Below, piece after piece: positions 11,549 through 21,242 of a stretch of 64,000 nucleotides of DNA. Each line of letters begins with the position of its first letter. The first letter of the stretch is position 1. The stretch is from an uncultured Chloroflexia bacterium (GTDB taxonomy: Bacteria > Chloroflexota > Dehalococcoidia > UBA2979): positions 288,001-352,000 of the forward strand of contig CAVSIV010000001.1 in assembly GCA_963728205.1 (NCBI GenBank). The letters are read 5' to 3'. The notes below the pieces were generated by a model. That model was not told the DNA's origin. It did no database searches and was given only the letters and a program-made list of their open reading frames with translations. The position numbers and the translations under genes are program-made.

Positions 11549-13600
11549 TTACGCCGTCGCCTCTGCCGTCTCGAGGCCCTGCAGCACCTGCTGCTGCACG
11601 TGCGCCGGCACCTCGACGTAGCGATCGAATTCCATGCTGAAGCGGCCCCGGCCGCCGGTCAGGGCGCGCAGGTCGCTCGTGTAGCGCTGCACTTCGGCGA
11701 GAGGCACGTCGGCGGTGATCACGCTCGTGGCACCGTCCGGCTCCACGCCGTGCACGGCGCCGCGCCGGCCGCTGAGGTCGCTCATCACATCGCCCACGTA
11801 CTCGCTCGGGATGCGCACCGTCAGCTTCATCACCGGCTCGAGCAGGATGGGGTGTCCGTCGAGCACGCCCTGCTTGAGCGCCTGCGACGCCGCGAGCTTG
11901 AACGCCATCTCGGACGAGTCCACCGCGTGCGACGAGCCGTCGGTCAGCGTGACCTTGAGGTCGACGAGCGGCGAGTGCGCGAGCGGGCCCTGGGGCAGCG
12001 ACTCGGCGATGCCCTTCTCGACGGCCGGGATGAACTGGCGCGGCACCGATCCGCCCACCACGGAGTCGGCGAACTCGAAGCCGGCGCCGCGCTCGCGCGG
12101 CTCGACCGCGATCACCACGTGTCCGTACTGGCCGTGACCGCCGGTCTGCTTCTTGTGCCGGTACTCGGCCTTCGCCGGCGCCGTGATCGTCTCGCGGTAC
12201 GGCACGCGCGGCACCGTGCCCTCGACGTCGACGCCGTAGTTCCTGTGCAGGTGCGCGATGGCGATCGCGGCCTGCGCGTCGCCCAGCGTCGTCATCACCA
12301 TCTCGTGCGTGTCGGGGTCGCGCTCGACGCGGATCGTCGGGTCCTGCTCGGTGATGCGGTGCAGCGCCTGCGAGACCTTGTCAACGTCCTCCTTCGAGCG
12401 CGGATGCAGCGCCGTCCGGTACGTGCCCACCGGCAGCGGAAGCGGCGGGAGGGCGACGTTCGACTCCTCGGAGGCGACGAGCACGTCGCCGGTCGCGGTG
12501 CTCTGCAGCTTCGCGGCGACGCCGATGTCGCCGGCGTGCAGCACCGGCACTTCGAGCTGCTCCTTGCCGCGCTGCACGTAGAGGTGGCCGAGGCGCTCGG
12601 TCGCCTTGCTGCGCCGGTTGTACGGCTGCATCTGCGCGGTGAGGTTCCCGGACAGCACCTTGAGGAACGAGAGATGACCGACGAACGGGTCGGCGGTCGT
12701 CTTGAACACGTGAACGACGAGTGGCCCGTCGGAGTCGACCCGCAGCGTACCGCCCACGATCTCGCGCTCGCGGCCGAGGGGCGACGGGAAGACGCGCACG
12801 ATGTCGTCGAGCAGCGTGCGGACGCCGATCTCCTGCGTCGCGCAGGCGGGCAGCACCGGCCAGACGATGCCGGCGGCGAAGCCGTTGTGCAGCGCCGTGG
12901 TGAGCTCCTCGTCGCTGATCGTGCCGCCCTCGAGGTACCGCTCGAGCAGCGCGTCGTCGGTCTCCGCCACGGACTCCACGAGCATCTCGCGCGCGGCGGC
13001 GATCGCGTCCGCCATGTCGGCCGGCGCGTCGCCGATCTCGTCGCCGCGGCGCGCCTGGCCGGTGAGCAGGTCGACGGCGCCCTCGAGGCTGCCGTTCGAG
13101 CCGATCGGGATGGCGAGCGGCACGGCCTTGTTGCCGAAGCGCTCGCGGATCTGGCCGAGCACGCCGTCGAAGTTCGCGTGCTCGCGATCGAGGCGCGTGA
13201 TCAGCAGCATGCGCGGGAGCCGCCCGGCCGACTCCGCGTGCTCCCACGCGACCTCGGTGCCGGCCTCCACGCCGGCCGTGGCGTCGACGGTGATCACCGC
13301 GGACTCCGCGGCATGCGCCGCGGCGACGACCTCTCCCTCGAAGTCGGCGAAGCCCGGGGTGTCGATCACGTTGATGCGGCAGTCCTGCCACTCGATCGGG
13401 ATGAGGGAGGAGGAGATGGAGTAGCCGCGCGCGTGCTCTTCCTCGTCGAAGTCGGAGACCGTGTTGCGGTCCTCGACCCGCCCCATGCGCGAGATGGCGC
13501 CGGAGACGTGCAGCAAGGCCTCCGCCAGCGTCGTCTTGCCGGAACCGCTGTGGCCCATCAGGACCACGTTTCGAAGGGCTTCTGAGGCGTATTCCTTCAT
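11549..13600 (-). CDS. Elongation factor G-like protein (EF-G2 / FusA paralog)
   Basis: GHSGSGKTTL, DTPGFADF, PYRETI, KKQTGGHGQYG, HAVDSSEMAF, LLEPVM, LRALTGGRG; lies outside the str operon. Confidence 0.92.
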   Translation of the reverse strand: MKEYASEALRNVVLMGHSGSGKTTLAEALLHVSGAISRMGRVEDRNTVSDFDEEEHARGYSISSSLIPIEWQDCRINVIDTPGFADFEGEVVAAAHAAESAVITVDATAGVEAGTEVAWEHAESAGRLPRMLLITRLDREHANFDGVLGQIRERFGNKAVPLAIPIGSNGSLEGAVDLLTGQARRGDEIGDAPADMADAIAAAREMLVESVAETDDALLERYLEGGTISDEELTTALHNGFAAGIVWPVLPACATQEIGVRTLLDDIVRVFPSPLGREREIVGGTLRVDSDGPLVVHVFKTTADPFVGHLSFLKVLSGNLTAQMQPYNRRSKATERLGHLYVQRGKEQLEVPVLHAGDIGVAAKLQSTATGDVLVASEESNVALPPLPLPVGTYRTALHPRSKEDVDKVSQALHRITEQDPTIRVERDPDTHEMVMTTLGDAQAAIAIAHLHRNYGVDVEGTVPRVPYRETITAPAKAEYRHKKQTGGHGQYGHVVIAVEPRERGAGFEFADSVVGGSVPRQFIPAVEKGIAESLPQGPLAHSPLVDLKVTLTDGSSHAVDSSEMAFKLAASQALKQGVLDGHPILLEPVMKLTVRIPSEYVGDVMSDLSGRRGAVHGVEPDGATSVITADVPLAEVQRYTSDLRALTGGRGRFSMEFDRYVEVPAHVQQQVLQGLETAEATA

Positions 13601-13712
13601 GTGTTCCCCCCTCGCGCGGGGCGATGGTACTGCCGCGCGAAAGAGGCCGACAACGTGCGGACGGCGGAGTGCCGATCCGGCGGTCTGGCCACTGCGGGGG
13701 CATGATAGGAAC

Positions 13713-14969
13713 GTGAACACCGAGCAGGCCGATGCCGTCTCCCCGGCCGACGTCGATGCCGCGCGCGAGCGAATCGCGGGCGTCGTGCGCGAGACGCCGC
13801 TCCTGCGCTCGCCGATCCTGACGGAGGTCGCGGGCGCGCCGATCTCCCTGAAGGCCGAGAACCTGCAGCGCACGGGCTCGTTCAAGCTGCGCGGGGCCAC
13901 CAACATGCTCGCCGTGCAGTCGTCGCCGCCGGCGGGCGTGGTGGCGGCGAGCGCCGGCAACCACGCGCAGGGCGTGGCGCTTGCGGCGCGGGAGCACGGG
14001 CTGCGGGCGATCGTGGTCATGCCGCGCGGAGCGCCGCTCGCGAAGCAGAGCGCGACGCGCGGCTACGGTGCGACGGTGGAGCTCGTCGACGGCGGGCTGG
14101 GACCGGCCCAGGAGCGCGCCCGGGCGATCGCCGCGGAGCGCGGATACCTCTACATGCCGCCGTTCGACGCGGCGCCGGTGGTGGCCGGCCAGGGAACGGT
14201 GGGGCTCGAGATTCTCGACGAGCGCCCGGACGTCGACACGGTGCTGGTGCCGGCCGGCGGGGGCGGCCTGCTCGCGGGCGTTGCCGTCGCGGTGAAAGCG
14301 CGGCGGCTGCGAGCGCGCGTGGTGGGCGTGCAGGCGCAGGCGATGGCGGGCATCGTGGCGTCGCTGGCCGCGAGGCGGCCCATCGCGGTGCCGGTCGCGC
14401 ACACGATCGCCGACGGCGTCGCCGTGTCGGGGCCGTCGGCGCTGACGCTCGCGCTGATCGAGCGGCACGTTGACGACGTGATCGCCGTGAGCGAGGAGGA
14501 GATCGCGCGGGCGGTCGTGTTCCTCGTGGAGCGCGCGCGGCTCGTCGTCGAGGGCGCCGGCGCGCTCGCCGTGGCGGCGCTGCTCGCCGGCCGCGTGGCG
14601 CCGACCGGCGAGACGGTGGCGGTGCTCTCGGGCGGCAACATCGACGTCACGCAACTGGGCCGGCTCATGGAGCGCGGGCTGCTCGCCGACGGTCGGTTGC
14701 GCGAACTGACGATCGCGGCGGCGGACGTGCCGGGCGAGCTCGCGCGCGTCACGGCCGCGGTCGCGTCCGCCGGCGCGAACGTGATCCGCGTCGAGCACGA
14801 CCTGGTCGCCGCCGACCTCCCGGTGGGCGTCGCGCGGGTCACGCTGCGGGTCGAGGTGGCCGGCGGCGCCGGCTGGGCGGATCTGCTCGCGCGCATGGTG
14901 GACGCCGGCTTCGCGCGCGGCGCGGCGACGGATCTGGCGACGGCGGCGGCGGCCGCCTATCCGGCATAG
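13713..14969 (+). CDS. ilvA: Threonine/serine ammonia-lyase with C-terminal ACT domain
   Basis: LKAENLQRTGSFKLRGA, ASAGNHAQG, AGQGTVGLE, GGGGL, LSGGNID, DVPGEL (ACT). Confidence 0.9.
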   Translation: MNTEQADAVSPADVDAARERIAGVVRETPLLRSPILTEVAGAPISLKAENLQRTGSFKLRGATNMLAVQSSPPAGVVAASAGNHAQGVALAAREHGLRAIVVMPRGAPLAKQSATRGYGATVELVDGGLGPAQERARAIAAERGYLYMPPFDAAPVVAGQGTVGLEILDERPDVDTVLVPAGGGGLLAGVAVAVKARRLRARVVGVQAQAMAGIVASLAARRPIAVPVAHTIADGVAVSGPSALTLALIERHVDDVIAVSEEEIARAVVFLVERARLVVEGAGALAVAALLAGRVAPTGETVAVLSGGNIDVTQLGRLMERGLLADGRLRELTIAAADVPGELARVTAAVASAGANVIRVEHDLVAADLPVGVARVTLRVEVAGGAGWADLLARMVDAGFARGAATDLATAAAAAYPA

Positions 14970-15120
14970 CCGCTCCGGGCGCGCGGCAGGCTTCGGGCCT
15001 GCCGCGCAGGTGACCGGCTCCGCAGCCAGGAGGCGGCAACCTCCTGCCGTCGGGAGGAGCGCACGATCCACGGCAGTCGACATGCCCCGGTCGGGCGCCC
15101 GTGCGCGCATGAACGTCACC

Positions 15121-15213
15121 CAAAGCGGCGGCAGATATGCCGCCGACAGAAGCGCGGCGCCAGCCGCGGACTGCGTCCGCGTCTCTGTCGGCGGCATGTC
15201 TGCCGCCGCTTTG
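15121..15213. repeat. Second copy of REP doublet family A (30-bp arms, 33-nt spacer)
   Basis: caaagcggcggcagatatgccgccgacaga ... tctgtcggcggcatgtctgccgccgctttg; near-identical to the 11481 element; between convergent ilvA and recJ. Confidence 0.9.
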
Positions 15214-15275
15214 ACGTTCCGACGAGGCCGGAAGCCCTTCGACAGGCTCAGGACGGGCTCTGCCGCGCGCCCCGG

Positions 15276-17024
15276 CTACGAGGCCGACCGGAGGTCGAGT
15301 ACCTCGAGCTGCAGCCGGCTCTTTCCGCCGAAGTCGTCGCGTTTGAAGGTGTAGACGATGTCGGCAGGCGCGCCGTCGGGGACCGCGAACGCCGCGTTTC
15401 GGAACGAGATCGCGCGCCACGTCACGCTGCCCTCGCGCAGCACGAACTGCAGGTGCTCGCCGTCGGCACCGACCGTCCGGCTGTTGGTGATCCTGACGCC
15501 GCGGGCCAGGAACGTCGGCGTCGGGTTGCCGGTGCCGTGCGGGCCGAGCAGCGCCAGCCACTGCAACATGCGACCGTCGACCTGCGAGAGGTGCAGCTCG
15601 GCGTCGACGTCGATCGTCGGCGCGAGCGCGGTGACGTCGAGGCACATCGCTGCGTCGTCGACGAGCGTGGCGCGCACCTCCTCCAGCCGGTCGGCGGCGA
15701 TGCTGAAGCCGGCGGCGGCGCGGTGACCGCCGTAGCGCAGGAAGAGGTCGGAGTGGCGGCGGAGCAGCGCCGTGATGTCGAAGCCGTCCACGGAGCGGCA
15801 GGACGCGCGACCTTCGCCATCGACGAGCTGCATCACGATCGCGGGCCGGTGGTACTCCTCGACCAGCCGCGAGGCGACCGGCCCGACGATGCCCATCGAG
15901 ATGGTCGGCGAGGCGACGAGGAGCAGCGGGCCGGCCGCCTGCGCCTCGCTGATGGCGGCGCGGGCCTCGTCGATGGCCGCCTGCGTCTCCTCGCGGCGGC
16001 GCAGGTTGAGCGCCTCGAGCTCGCGCGCGAGGTCCGCGGCGCGCGCGGGCGACGGCGTGAGCAGGAGGTCGAGCGCCAGCCGGGCGTGCTCCATGCGGCC
16101 GGCGGCGTTCAGCCGCGGGCCCAGCACCCAGCCGCAGGTGTCCGGCGTCGCCTGCGCGAGGTCGGCGCCGGCGACGGCGGCCAGCGCGAGCAGGCCGGGA
16201 CGGCGCGTGCGCGCCATCGCCTGGAGGCCGATGCGCACGAGGTCGCGGTTCTCTGCGACCAGCGGCGCAAGGTCGCACACCGTCCCGAGCGCGACGAGCA
16301 CATGATGCTCCGATGGGTCGTACGGGCGCCCGAGGCGGTCGTGCAGGTCGTGGATCACCTTGTACGCGACGCCGCACGCAGCCGGCTCCGAGCCGTACTG
16401 CGAGCCCGCGAGCTTCGGGTTCACGAGCGCCAGCGCCTCGGGCAGCCGCTCGGGCACGGTGTGATGGTCGAGCACGAGGGCATCCATGCCGGCGCGGTTC
16501 GCCTCGGCGATCTCGTCGACGGACGACGTCCCGCAGTCGGCGGTGACGAGCACGGTGGCGCCACGGTCGGCGAGCTGGCGCACGGCGGCGATGTTCGGGC
16601 CGTAGCCCTCCGTGAACCGGTTCGGGATGTAGGGGAGCGGGTGCGCGCCGAGCGCGGTCAGGCCCTCGACGAGGATGGTCGTCGCGGTCACGCCGTCGAC
16701 GTCGAAGTCGCCGATGATCGCGACGGTCTCGCCGTCGCGGCAGGCGCGCGCGAGCCGGTCGACGGCGACGTCGAGGTTGGGCATGAGCGCGGCGTCGGTG
16801 AGATCGCCGGCGCGGCCGAGGTAGCGGCGAGCGTCGGCGGTATCGCGCACGGCACGGTGCGCGAGGAGGACGCGCATCAGCTCGGGCAGGCCCGGGCCGG
16901 CGTCGGCGAAGCGCGCGAGGTCCGGCGGCGGCAGCAGCCGCCAGCGGCGGCCGTTCGAGCCGTGCAGGATGGTCGCGCCGTCGGCGGCGACGGCTGCGCG
17001 GGTGTCCGTGGGTGTCTCGACCAT
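15276..17024 (-). CDS. recJ: Single-stranded-DNA-specific exonuclease RecJ
   Basis: GDFDVDG, PNRFTEGYG, TADCG, LDHH, GTVCD, PRLNAAGR, GGHRAAAG, PHGTGNP. Confidence 0.96.
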   Translation of the reverse strand: MVETPTDTRAAVAADGATILHGSNGRRWRLLPPPDLARFADAGPGLPELMRVLLAHRAVRDTADARRYLGRAGDLTDAALMPNLDVAVDRLARACRDGETVAIIGDFDVDGVTATTILVEGLTALGAHPLPYIPNRFTEGYGPNIAAVRQLADRGATVLVTADCGTSSVDEIAEANRAGMDALVLDHHTVPERLPEALALVNPKLAGSQYGSEPAACGVAYKVIHDLHDRLGRPYDPSEHHVLVALGTVCDLAPLVAENRDLVRIGLQAMARTRRPGLLALAAVAGADLAQATPDTCGWVLGPRLNAAGRMEHARLALDLLLTPSPARAADLARELEALNLRRREETQAAIDEARAAISEAQAAGPLLLVASPTISMGIVGPVASRLVEEYHRPAIVMQLVDGEGRASCRSVDGFDITALLRRHSDLFLRYGGHRAAAGFSIAADRLEEVRATLVDDAAMCLDVTALAPTIDVDAELHLSQVDGRMLQWLALLGPHGTGNPTPTFLARGVRITNSRTVGADGEHLQFVLREGSVTWRAISFRNAAFAVPDGAPADIVYTFKRDDFGGKSRLQLEVLDLRSAS

Positions 17025-17191
17025 CGGGCGAGCCTCTCGTCGCGTCGCCCGGGGGAGGCAGGCGGCGAAGGTGCCGATCGGTTCTTACCGCGTCCACGCC
17101 GCGGCGTCGATGCGGGCCGTCAGATTTTCGGGGGGCCGACGCGAGCACGGGGGCCGACGCGCCTCTGCGGGCCGGCACCGGGAGGCGCGGG

Positions 17192-18442
17192 CTACGCCCG
17201 CCTGAAGATCAGCGAGCTGTTGTGGCCGCCGAAGCCGAGCGAGTTCGTCATCGCGTAGGTCATCGACACGGCGCGCGAGCCTTCGGACACGTAGTCGAGG
17301 TCGCACTCCGGGTCGGGCTCCACCAGGTTGCGGGTCATGTGCACCCGCTGGTCGACCAGCGACATCACCGTCACCGCGGACTCGATGGCACCGGCCGCGC
17401 CCAGGGTGTGCCCGACCATCGACTTGGTGGACGACACCGGCACGCGCGCGGCGCCCTCGCCGAAGACGCGCTTGATCGAGAGCGTCTCGAACTTGTCGTT
17501 GAGCGGCGTGCTCGTGCCGTGCGCGTTCACGTAGCCGATGTCGCTCGCGGCGATGCCGGCCTTGCGCAGCGCCACCTGCATCGCGCGCGCCGCGCCCTCG
17601 CCGTTCTCCGACGGCTGCGTGACGTGGAAGGCGTCCGCGGACTGCCCGTAGGAGACGAGTTCCGCGAGGATCGTCGCGCCGCGCGCCTGCGCGTGATCCC
17701 ACTCCTCGAGCACGAGCGTCGCCGCGCCTTCCGCGAGCAGGAAGCCGTCGCGCTTCGCGTCGAACGGCCGCGAGGCGTGCTCCGGGTCGTCGTTCTGCCC
17801 CGTCGAGAGCGCGCGCGACGCCGCGAACGCCGCGATCGACATGCGCGTCACCGCCGCCTCTGCGCCGCCTGCGAGCATCGCGATCGCGTCGCCGCGGCGG
17901 ATCACTTCGGCCGCGGTGCCGACGGCATCGGCGCCCGACGCGCACGCGGAGACCGTGTTGTAGTTCGGGCCGCGCGCGCCGAAGCGGATCGACACCTGGC
18001 CCGCGGCCATGTCGGCGATGAACGACGGCACGAGGAACGGCGACACGCGTCCCGGCCCCCGGTGGAAGAAGACGTCGAACTGCTCCTCGAGCGTCCCCAG
18101 CCCGCCGATGCCGCTGCCGATCATGCAGCCGATCTCGTCGCGCTCGGGCTCGATCGCGAGCCCGGACTGCTCGATCGCCTCGGCCGACGCTGCAATCGCG
18201 AGGTGCGTGAAGCGGTCCATCCGCCGCACGTCCTTGCGGTCGAGCCACTGCAACGGGTCGAACCCCGCGACCTCGCCGGCGATCTTCGAGTCGAGGTCGT
18301 CGACCGCGCAGAGCGTCACCGGCCGGATGCCGTTCTCGCCGGCGAGCAGCGCGCGCCACGAGGCATCGCGCCCGATCCCGACCGGCGTCATCATCCCGAC
18401 CCCGGTGACGGCGACCCGCCGCGGTTCGTAGGCAGTGGTCAT
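17192..18442 (-). CDS. fabF: Beta-ketoacyl-ACP synthase II (copy 1)
   Basis: SACASG (Cys), NAHGTSTPLND (His), STKSMVGHTLGAAG (His), SLGFGGHN. Confidence 0.94.
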   Translation of the reverse strand: MTTAYEPRRVAVTGVGMMTPVGIGRDASWRALLAGENGIRPVTLCAVDDLDSKIAGEVAGFDPLQWLDRKDVRRMDRFTHLAIAASAEAIEQSGLAIEPERDEIGCMIGSGIGGLGTLEEQFDVFFHRGPGRVSPFLVPSFIADMAAGQVSIRFGARGPNYNTVSACASGADAVGTAAEVIRRGDAIAMLAGGAEAAVTRMSIAAFAASRALSTGQNDDPEHASRPFDAKRDGFLLAEGAATLVLEEWDHAQARGATILAELVSYGQSADAFHVTQPSENGEGAARAMQVALRKAGIAASDIGYVNAHGTSTPLNDKFETLSIKRVFGEGAARVPVSSTKSMVGHTLGAAGAIESAVTVMSLVDQRVHMTRNLVEPDPECDLDYVSEGSRAVSMTYAMTNSLGFGGHNSSLIFRRA

Positions 18443-19680
18443 GACTGGCCCTCCCAGCGGCCGAAGACAATCGCGGAGTTGTGCCCGCCGAGGCCGACGG
18501 AGGTGCTCATGGCGTACCGCACGGGCGCGCGACGCGCCTCGTTTGGGACGTAGTCGAGGTCGCAGTCCGGATCGGGCTCGGCGTAGTTGATGGTCGGCGG
18601 GACGATGCCGTGGTGGACGGCGAGCACGGCGACCGCTGCCTCCACCGCCCCCGCCGCGCCCATCATGTGGCCGAGCATCGACTTCGTGGACGAGACCATC
18701 AGCGTGTTCGCGTGCTCGCCGAAGACGTCGTGGATGGCACGCGTCTCGACGCGGTCGTTGAGCGGCGTGCCGGTGCCGTGCGCATTGATGTAGTCGATGT
18801 CCTCGAGCCGCAGGTCGGCGCGGCGCAGCACCTGCTCCATGGCCTCGGCGACGCCGTGGCCGTCCTCGGCGGCGGCGAACATGTCGTAGGCGTCGTTCGT
18901 GGTCGCCGCGCCCTTCCACTCGGCGTAGATGCGCGCGCCGCGTGCCTGCGCGCGCTCGAGCGACTCGAGCACGAGCACCGCGGCGCCCTCGGAGACGATG
19001 AAGCCGTTGCGGGTGAGGTCGAAGGGGCGCACGGCTTTTGCGGGGTCTTCGTGCGTGGCCAGCGCCTTCATGGCGTGGAAGCCGGCGTAGTAGATGGGGC
19101 GCAGCGGCGCTTCGTAGCCGCCGGTGATCATCGCGTCGGCGTCGCCGCGCGCGATCATCGCCGCGGCCTCGCCGGTCGCGGCACCGCCGGTGGCGCAGGC
19201 GGCGGTCACCGCGAAGTTCGGGCCGCGCGCGCCGAGGTCGATCGCGACGAGGCCGGTCGCGGTGTCGGGCAGCATGTGCGAGGTGAGGAACGGCGACACC
19301 CGGCGCGGGCCCTTCTCGTCGAGGATCTGCTGCTGCTCGATGATCAGGTGCGACGCGCCCATGCCCGTGCCGAGCAGCACGCCGACGTCGCGCGGCGTGG
19401 CCGCGACGTCGAGCCCGGCGTCGGCCACCGCCTCGCGCGCGGCGGTCAGCGCGAAGACCGAGGAACGGTCGATGCGCCGCAGCAGCTTCGCGTCGACGTG
19501 CGCCTCCGGCGCGAAGTCCTTGAGCTCGCCGCCGATCGGGCAGTCGTATGCCGAGGTGTCGAAGCCCCGGATCCAGTCGAGCCCCGAGCGGCCCGCGACG
19601 AGGCCCTCCCATGTCGACCCGGCGTCGTTGCCGAGCGGCGTGAGCATGCCGATCCCGGTCACGACCACACGGCGCATCAC
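18439..19680 (-). CDS. fabF: Beta-ketoacyl-ACP synthase II (copy 2)
   Basis: AACATG, NAHGTGTPLND, STKSMLGHMMGAAG, SVGLGGHN; 4-nt overlap with copy 1. Confidence 0.9.
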   Translation of the reverse strand: MMRRVVVTGIGMLTPLGNDAGSTWEGLVAGRSGLDWIRGFDTSAYDCPIGGELKDFAPEAHVDAKLLRRIDRSSVFALTAAREAVADAGLDVAATPRDVGVLLGTGMGASHLIIEQQQILDEKGPRRVSPFLTSHMLPDTATGLVAIDLGARGPNFAVTAACATGGAATGEAAAMIARGDADAMITGGYEAPLRPIYYAGFHAMKALATHEDPAKAVRPFDLTRNGFIVSEGAAVLVLESLERAQARGARIYAEWKGAATTNDAYDMFAAAEDGHGVAEAMEQVLRRADLRLEDIDYINAHGTGTPLNDRVETRAIHDVFGEHANTLMVSSTKSMLGHMMGAAGAVEAAVAVLAVHHGIVPPTINYAEPDPDCDLDYVPNEARRAPVRYAMSTSVGLGGHNSAIVFGRWEGQS

Positions 19681-19776
19681 GCGATCCTTCCCCGTCCCCC
19701 CGACCGCGCGAGGACGAGCAGAGTGTAGCCGTGCGGACCCTGAGACCCCAGACGGTCGACGATGGTGGCCGGGTGT

Positions 19777-20798
19777 CTAGCGGGCGTGCTTCGGGGGCAG
19801 CACCGAGATGGGAATCGGCTCCTCGCGCGCGTCGTCGAGCGACACGGCGACCAGGCCCTCCTGCACGCGCTTCACGAGCCGCGCGAGGACGTGGCCGGGG
19901 CCGACCTCGATGAAGGTGTCGACGCCCTCGCCGGCCATGCGCTTCACGTTGTCGCTCCAGCGTACGGGCGAGCGCAGCTGCGCCTCGAACTCGGCGCGGA
20001 TCTCGTCGGCGGTCTGGAGGAGGCGCGACGTGATGTTCGAGACGATCGGCGTGCTCGGGATCGACCAGCGGGACCTCGCGGATCACCTTCGCGAACTCCC
20101 CCGCCTGGGCGGCGTGCAGCGGCGTGTGGCTGGACACCTTCACCTTGAGGCGAATCACCTTCGCCTGCAGCTCGCGGGCGCGCGTCCATGGCGCGCTCCA
20201 GCGCGGTGACGTCGCCCGAGATCACGGTCTGCGTGTCGAGGTTGTAGTTCGCGACGTCGACCCGGTCGTCGACCGAGTGCGTGACGTCCTCGCAGATCTG
20301 GCGGATGGTCTCCTCGTCGAGGCCGATCACCGAGGCCATGCCGACGGGGCGATCGTCGTTGAACGAGCCCATGAGGCGGGCGCGCTCGAGGATCAGGAAG
20401 ACGGCGTCGCGGAACGAGAGCGCCTCGGAGGCGACCGCGGCGGAGAACAGGCCGAGCGAGTGCCCCCCGAGCAGCCGCGGCCGCACCGACTCGCCGACGG
20501 TGGTGAGCTTCTCGCGCATGGCGCGGAGGAAGGCGACCGAGGTCGTGAGGACGGCCGGCTGGGTGTTCACCGTGTCCGCGAGGTCGTCGGCGTCGGCCTC
20601 GAAGCAGACCTTCGTGAGGTTGATGCCGCTGTAGTCGCTGGCCTCTTCGTACGTCTCGCGAGCGGCCTGCGAGTGCTCCCACAGCAGGTGGCCCATGCCG
20701 GGGGCCTGGGAGCCCTGGCCGGGGAAGAGGAGCGCGACGGGATCGCGGTCATCCTCGGCGGGCGCGCTGGGCGTGGCGGGTGTGGTGTTTGAGGTCAT
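19777..20798 (-). CDS. fabD: Malonyl-CoA:ACP transacylase, broken by two +1 insertions (about 20183 and 20058)
   Basis: FPGQGSQ, TQPAV, GHSLG, ANYN..QTVISG in frame 1; LKVKVSSHTPL in frame 2; PIVSNIT...QLRSPVRW...FIEVGPGHVL* in frame 3. Confidence 0.88.
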
Positions 20799-21242
20799 GG
20801 GTGAGAGCCCATCGCGGGCGCGGCGGCCCGCCAGCGTTCGCTGAGATTACATCTGAGTCTACACGAATGCACGGTCGTGAACATCGCATCGCGACCGGCC
20901 GCGAAGCCAGAGTCCACCACCCCACCTGCCCCGTGCCCCGACCGCTAGCACTCTCTTGCCGAGACTGCCAACAACTGTGGGATCGCGGTCGATCGGTTGC
21001 CGCGACCGGGCGGCGGCCGCGTGACGAGAGACTGACGCCACCCGCGACGCGACGACGAGGTGGCCCGGAGTCCCGGGCCGCCCGTCTCCACGAATTTCGA
21101 CATCATCACAACGTCGTATGACGAATGCGTCACGACATGAGTTCGCCGCGCGTTTCATCTTCATAACGAGTGATCCGCCGGGCGTCCGGCGGTTGCGGCC
21201 TTACCCGGACGTCGGGACGGCCCCACGTTCGAGGAGGACGTC

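Noticed and set aside
19777-20798. fabD as a true pseudogene or programmed frameshift
   Set aside because: Active-site motifs are intact, there is no other decay and no slippery sequence; sequencing error is more likely
20880-21060. Cobalamin-riboswitch-like words (agccag...acctgcc, gagactgcc) upstream of fabD and the M23 gene
   Set aside because: The other conserved elements and spacing of the riboswitch are not recognisable, and the flanking genes are unrelated to B12
21060-21240. c-di-AMP (ydaO) riboswitch ahead of the M23 gene
   Set aside because: The context is plausible but I could not find the consensus segments
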